Positions 59,592-64,000 of a stretch of 64,000 nt of DNA are shown here, in pieces (within the stretch, counting starts at the first letter, position 1; every line of letters starts with the position of its first letter). Source of the DNA: Bergeyella sp. (GTDB lineage: Bacteria > Bacteroidota > Bacteroidia > Flavobacteriales > Weeksellaceae). A program made the position numbers and the translations under genes. The stretch is taken from positions 492,911-556,910 of the forward strand of contig SZYB01000001.1 in assembly GCA_030263285.1 (NCBI GenBank), written 5' to 3'. Below the pieces are notes generated by a model. The model was not told the DNA's origin and made no database searches. It saw only the letters and a list, made by a program, of their open reading frames with translations.

Positions 59592-61205
59592 CTAAGGTAA
59601 TCTATAACTTGCCTCATCGCTTTCATTACCCAATCTATCTACAGACTGTATTGCCACAGCTCCTAGAGGTTTACCCTTGTAATATTTGGGAATCTTCTGA
59701 TTTTTGATAACAGACTCAAAAATATATATCCTCCATTCACTGCCATATTGGGCATACAATACCCAGTGGAAAACATCAGATAATTTAGAAGAAGACCAAC
59801 TCACCCGATATCCCTGAGAAACAGGAGTACAAAAAATCTGAGGAACAGGTAAACGTTCCGCCTTTATCCATGGAGTTTTAGGGACTAAAACCCGCTCTTT
59901 ATACACTCCCTTTTTAAGAGCATAAAGCATTGAAGGATGATTTGTAAGTCCCGCAATACTCCAGTGGATCTCCCCGGGACTCTCTTTCAGATAACTTCTG
60001 ATGAGTCGTATCTCGTCTGTAATTTCTTGAGCCTTATCTCTCACCTTTACTTCCACAGTATTCAGACCCGGCCATAGATGCCTTTTGAGATAATTTTGAC
60101 TTTTCCACCAAAGCAATAAATCAAAAAAGCTCTGTTTTTTCGAAGAAATAGGCCAATACAACTGAGGAGCAAAATAGTCTACCCAACCTTTATTGAGCCA
60201 AAGCTTAGCGTCTGCATACAACTCATCATATTGAGAAGAGCCCTCTACACTCGCGGGATATCCCGATCTCCAAATCCCAAAGGGACTGATCCCAAATTTT
60301 ACATATTTCTTTTCCCTTTTTATTTCTCCGGCTATCCTTTCTACAAATGTGTTTACATTATTCCTCCTCCAATCTGCCTTTGAAAGTTTTCCCCCGGACG
60401 CCTTATATCGGTTCCAATTTCTAAAGTCCGGAAAATCCTTACCCCCATTATAATTAGCATAAGGATAAAAATAATCATCAAAATGCACTGCATCCACATC
60501 GTACTTTTTTACAATCTCCGCCACTACTTTTGAAACGTAATCCTGCACCAAATTACTTGAAGGATCCAGCCAATACATTCCATTATGCAACCGAATGACA
60601 TCCTGAGCAAAAGGAAACCTGCGTACCATAGAACGGCTACTTACCTTACCTCCACTGGTATGGTGTGCCCGAAAAGGATTGAGCCAAACATGAAGCTCTA
60701 TGCCTCGTTTATGAGCTTCTTCTATCCAAAATTCAAGAGGATCGTAATAAGGGGAAGGAGCTGTCCCCGTCTCCCCGGAAAGATAATACGACCATGGCTC
60801 ATATGAACTTTTATACAAAGCATCCGCGGAAGGACGTATTTGCAAGATAACGGCATTGAAATGGTGATAATACAATATATCAAGAAGATCAACCGCTTCT
60901 TTTTTTTGTTCGGCAGTGGAGAGATTTTTTCTTGAAGGCCAGTTAATATTCGCTATAGAAGCTACCCAGGCTGCCCTAAATTCTCGTTTCAGCGGAGGAA
61001 GAGAAAGAATCCCCTTCTTAAATATATCCTTTTTTAAGGAAGGTTTAGATGACACCGGGGGGATCTCTTTTTCTGTTGTGATTATTTTTTCCTCTGTTCG
61101 TTCAATCTTTTCCACCACTTTATTTTTGGGCTGAGAACCACAGGCGTGAAAAAAAAAGAGATAACCTAAAATCAGACAAAAAAAGAACCACTTTCGCTTA
61201 GACAT
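59592..61205 (-). CDS. glycoside hydrolase-like family 10 (GHL10/DUF187, YngK-like) lipoprotein
   Basis: Lipobox FFFHAC. REFRAAWVASIANINWPS is the family N-terminal signature, followed by a TIM-barrel-like core (NAVILQIRP, LHVWLNPFR, VHFDDYFYP). Confidence 0.8.
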   Translation of the reverse strand: MSKRKWFFFCLILGYLFFFHACGSQPKNKVVEKIERTEEKIITTEKEIPPVSSKPSLKKDIFKKGILSLPPLKREFRAAWVASIANINWPSRKNLSTAEQKKEAVDLLDILYYHHFNAVILQIRPSADALYKSSYEPWSYYLSGETGTAPSPYYDPLEFWIEEAHKRGIELHVWLNPFRAHHTSGGKVSSRSMVRRFPFAQDVIRLHNGMYWLDPSSNLVQDYVSKVVAEIVKKYDVDAVHFDDYFYPYANYNGGKDFPDFRNWNRYKASGGKLSKADWRRNNVNTFVERIAGEIKREKKYVKFGISPFGIWRSGYPASVEGSSQYDELYADAKLWLNKGWVDYFAPQLYWPISSKKQSFFDLLLWWKSQNYLKRHLWPGLNTVEVKVRDKAQEITDEIRLIRSYLKESPGEIHWSIAGLTNHPSMLYALKKGVYKERVLVPKTPWIKAERLPVPQIFCTPVSQGYRVSWSSSKLSDVFHWVLYAQYGSEWRIYIFESVIKNQKIPKYYKGKPLGAVAIQSVDRLGNESDEASYRLP

Positions 61206-61281
61206 AAACCCTAGGTTTGTAATTATTTCATAACTAAAATTAGTTATAAATATCCCAAATATAAAACAAAAAAAACTCTAT

Positions 61282-61307
61282 AAAAAAACCTCAGGCTAAA
61301 CCTGAGG
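61282..61307 (-). terminator. rho-independent terminator after typA
   Basis: On the minus strand, a hairpin (cctcagg-tttag-cctgagg, 7-bp stem) is followed by a T7 run. It lies 20 nt downstream of the typA stop. Confidence 0.65.
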
Positions 61308-61326
61308 CTCTTTGTTTAGATCTTAA

Positions 61327-63126
61327 TTACTTTCTTTCGTTACGCTTTCTCTCTTCCTCTGAAAGGAGTTTTTTCCTCATCCTAATAAAGTTAGGCGTTA
61401 CCTCTATACATTCGTCCTGCTGAATATATTCCATACATTCTTCCAAGGAGAGTAGTATTTTAGGGGCAATACTGCCGTCCTTGTCTTTTCCTGAAGCACG
61501 CATATTGTTCAGCTGTTTCCCCTCCACTATATTGACTACCAGATCTCCCGGTTTATTTTGTTCTCCCACTATCATTCCCATGTATACTTCTTCTCCCGGA
61601 TCTACAAAAAATTTTCCTCTGTCCTGAAGCTTTTCTATAGAGTAAGCAGTAGCCTGTCCTTGATTTTTAGAGATCAAAACACCATTTGTTCTTCCTTGTA
61701 TTTGTCCTTTAAATGGCTTGTATTCGGAAAAACGATGCGCCATAATCGCCTCACCCGCTGTGGCTGTGAGCATCTGAGATCTCAACCCTATAAGACCCCT
61801 GGAAGGAATCTCAAATTCCATGTGTTGCATTTCCCCTTTGGTTTCCATTATAAGAAGATCTCCCTTTCTTTGCGTGGTGAGATCTATTACCCGGGAAGAA
61901 TATTCCTCGGGTACATCTACCACCATAACTTCGTAAGGTTCATGTTTTACTCCATCCACCTCTTTCAAGATTACTTGCGGCTGACCAATGGTCATCTCAT
62001 AGCCTTCTCTTCTCATGGTCTCTATAAGTATCGAAAGATGAAGTATCCCCCTGCCAAAAACTAAAAAAGTATTGGCATCGTCGGTCTGTTGCACCCGGAG
62101 AGCCAGATTTTTTTCCAGTTCTTTATCCAATCTGTCCTTGAGATGATTGGAGGTGACATACTTTCCGTCTTTTCCAAAAAATGGAGAATTATTAATAGAA
62201 AATGTCATGTTGAGCGTAGGTTCATCTATGGCAATCCTTTCCAAAGGCTCTGGATTTTCCAAATCCACAAAACTATCCCCTATCTGAAACTTGTCAAAAC
62301 CTACTACCGCACAGATGTCTCCAGCAAAAACTTCGGCTACTTTTTTCTTACCCAATCCCTCAAAAACATACAGTTCCTTTACTTTTCCTTTAGTTATATT
62401 TCCCCCTTCCCGAGAAAGCCCTATCCACTGACCTTCTTTTATGCTCCCCCTCGCTATCTTCCCCACAGCAATTCTTCCCAAAAAAGAAGAATAATCTAAG
62501 GAAGTTACTTGCATCTGCAACGCCCCCTTCTCTACTTTGGGCTCAGGTACATATTCTAAAATACCCTCCAAAATAGGAATGATTGTATCGGCAGGCTCCT
62601 CCAGACTTTTACTAAACCAACCCTGTTTTGAAGAACCGTAAAAAGTAGGAAAATCCAACTGTTCTTCTGTTGCATCCAGATTGAAGAACAAATCAAAGAC
62701 CTGATCATGTACCTCTTCTGGTCTGCAATTTTCTTTATCTACCTTATTAATCACTACGATGGGTTTAAGCCCCAGCTGCAAAGCTTTTTGCAAAACAAAC
62801 CGCGTCTGGGGCATAGGACCTTCGAAGGCATCCACAAGCAAAATAACCCCATCCGCCATCTTAAGAACACGCTCTACCTCTCCCCCAAAATCGGAGTGAC
62901 CCGGCGTGTCTATTACGTTGATCTTAGTACCCTTGTAGTTTACCGATATATTCTTGGAAAGAATGGTAATCCCCCGCTCTCTTTCTAGGTCATTATTGTC
63001 CATAATAAGATCACCAGATTCCCGATTATCCCTAAAGATATGGGTAGCATGTATGATTTTATCAACTAAAGTAGTTTTTCCGTGGTCTACGTGTGCGATA
63101 ATCGCAATGTTCCGAATATTTTGCAT
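61327..63126 (-). CDS. typA: translational GTPase TypA/BipA
   Basis: G1 [10 protein letters not shown]3 DTPGHSDF, G4 NKVD, and EF-G-like domains. 599 aa. Confidence 0.95.
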   Translation of the reverse strand: MQNIRNIAIIAHVDHGKTTLVDKIIHATHIFRDNRESGDLIMDNNDLERERGITILSKNISVNYKGTKINVIDTPGHSDFGGEVERVLKMADGVILLVDAFEGPMPQTRFVLQKALQLGLKPIVVINKVDKENCRPEEVHDQVFDLFFNLDATEEQLDFPTFYGSSKQGWFSKSLEEPADTIIPILEGILEYVPEPKVEKGALQMQVTSLDYSSFLGRIAVGKIARGSIKEGQWIGLSREGGNITKGKVKELYVFEGLGKKKVAEVFAGDICAVVGFDKFQIGDSFVDLENPEPLERIAIDEPTLNMTFSINNSPFFGKDGKYVTSNHLKDRLDKELEKNLALRVQQTDDANTFLVFGRGILHLSILIETMRREGYEMTIGQPQVILKEVDGVKHEPYEVMVVDVPEEYSSRVIDLTTQRKGDLLIMETKGEMQHMEFEIPSRGLIGLRSQMLTATAGEAIMAHRFSEYKPFKGQIQGRTNGVLISKNQGQATAYSIEKLQDRGKFFVDPGEEVYMGMIVGEQNKPGDLVVNIVEGKQLNNMRASGKDKDGSIAPKILLSLEECMEYIQQDECIEVTPNFIRMRKKLLSEEERKRNERK

Positions 63127-63171
63127 CTATATTTTTTAACGGGCAAAAGTAAGAAATTTTTCATCAAAGGC

Positions 63172-64000
63172 TTATTTCCTTATTTCCTTCGACTGATCTG
63201 CATGAAGTTTTTTTAATCTCATCTTTTTTATGACCAGATTGAGCTCATTCCCCAGCAAAATGACAATTACGTTAATATTAAGCCAAATCATCACGATCAG
63301 TATAGAACCAATAGATCCATAAAGAAAATTATACCGAGCAAAATTTCTAAGATAAATCGCAAATAAATAAGTAAGCAATAGAAATAAAACGGTAGAAAGT
63401 CCGGCACCGGGAATAGCCTGTACCCATTTGGTCATCTCTATAGAACCTACCCAATAAAAAAGAACAAGCAATGCGAAATAAAAAAGTGGAAAAGAAAAAT
63501 ACCCAATAATTTCTGAAAGGTTATTAACAAACCAACCTGATACTTCTTGTTTCGGGGTGAAAACCTTAAGGACAACTTCGCTGTAATATATTCCCAAAAA
63601 AGAAAATATAATCACAACGACAAAGGCGATCGTAATTCCAAAAGACAAAATATACTCCACAACAAAATGTCGTTTTTTTTGTGTATTGGCATTGAAACCG
63701 GCGATAAAAGCATAAGCCCCATTTGCGCCAAAAATAAGGGCGAGAAGAAGCGTAAACTTGTTGAGTTTTTCTATATTGGGGATAATGTAAGTCTTCAAAT
63801 AATCTGTCACGTCATCCAAAATATTTTCCGGAAGTATCTTCACCATAAGCACATCGAAAATATAAGATTGTAGACTCTCATAATGAGGAAGATAGGGCAA
63901 TAAAGAAAGCATAAATAATATGAACGGAAAAATACTCATAAAGAGGCTCCAAGAAATGCTTGTGGCTTCTTTTAAAATTTGATTTTTAAAAATTCCCGCT
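63172..64000 (-). CDS. YihY/BrkB (virulence factor BrkB / former RNase BN) family membrane protein, 5' partial
   Basis: Polytopic protein with the family-typical C-terminal region (YGSIGSILIVMIWLNINVIVILLGNELN). The frame stays open upstream of the listed Met to the window edge (AGIFKNQILKEATSISWSLF-MSIF...), so the start lies outside the window. Confidence 0.75.
   Translation of the reverse strand, partial: AGIFKNQILKEATSISWSLFMSIFPFILFMLSLLPYLPHYESLQSYIFDVLMVKILPENILDDVTDYLKTYIIPNIEKLNKFTLLLALIFGANGAYAFIAGFNANTQKKRHFVVEYILSFGITIAFVVVIIFSFLGIYYSEVVLKVFTPKQEVSGWFVNNLSEIIGYFSFPLFYFALLVLFYWVGSIEMTKWVQAIPGAGLSTVLFLLLTYLFAIYLRNFARYNFLYGSIGSILIVMIWLNINVIVILLGNELNLVIKKMRLKKLHADQSKEIRK

Noticed and set aside
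1-64000. CRISPR arrays, rRNA genes, intact IS elements or transposases, restriction-modification or other recognisable defence operons.
   Set aside because: I found no regularly spaced direct repeats, no rRNA-like sequence, no transposase motifs (DDE and similar) and no multi-gene cluster of unknown large proteins. The THUMP-NPPY methyltransferase at 30054-31241 is an RNA-methyltransferase type, not an R-M methylase.

Overview
This 64-kb window is a mostly housekeeping chromosomal segment with Bacteroidota (Flavobacteriia-like) hallmarks. These include gldF/gldG, a fused ccsBA gene, an atpBEFHAG operon without atpD/atpC, TAnnTTTG -7 promoter boxes 18-40 nt upstream of several start codons, and AT-rich, A-run-rich coding sequence. 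I could assign about 55 intact CDS. They cover purF/purC, acyl-CoA dehydrogenase, ftsK-lolA, an lptF/G-family permease, frr, pyrH, cmk, the ATP synthase genes, ffh, phoH, hemJ, argS, recQ, aroB, typA, kpsF, proline dehydrogenase, several glycosyltransferases and methyltransferases, and an overlapping PAP2-phosphatase/EptA pair for lipid A remodelling. A minus-strand tRNA cluster, Ser(GCT)-Pro(TGG)-Arg(TCT), lies at 26.8-27.1 kb. I found no CRISPR array, no rRNA and no intact mobile element. I also see no clear multi-gene system of unknown function. The most unusual region is 22.6-26.7 kb, directly next to the 3' end of tRNA-Arg. It holds five consecutive disrupted genes: an NT5C-like nucleotidase, a PfkB sugar kinase, a truncated ABC-F ATPase, a small lipoprotein, and the N-terminal stump of a tyrosine integrase. 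It also contains an ORF-free, AT-rich stretch. I read this as the scar of a tRNA-targeted integrative element plus local gene decay, but homopolymer sequencing errors cannot be excluded from sequence alone. Two further decayed or dark stretches lie at about 40.05-40.5 kb and 47.2-48.8 kb. The second-best candidate for an undescribed module is the conserved-looking but uncharacterised YtxH / holin-like / coiled-coil triad at 21.4-22.6 kb. All family assignments come from motif recognition by eye; no database search was run.
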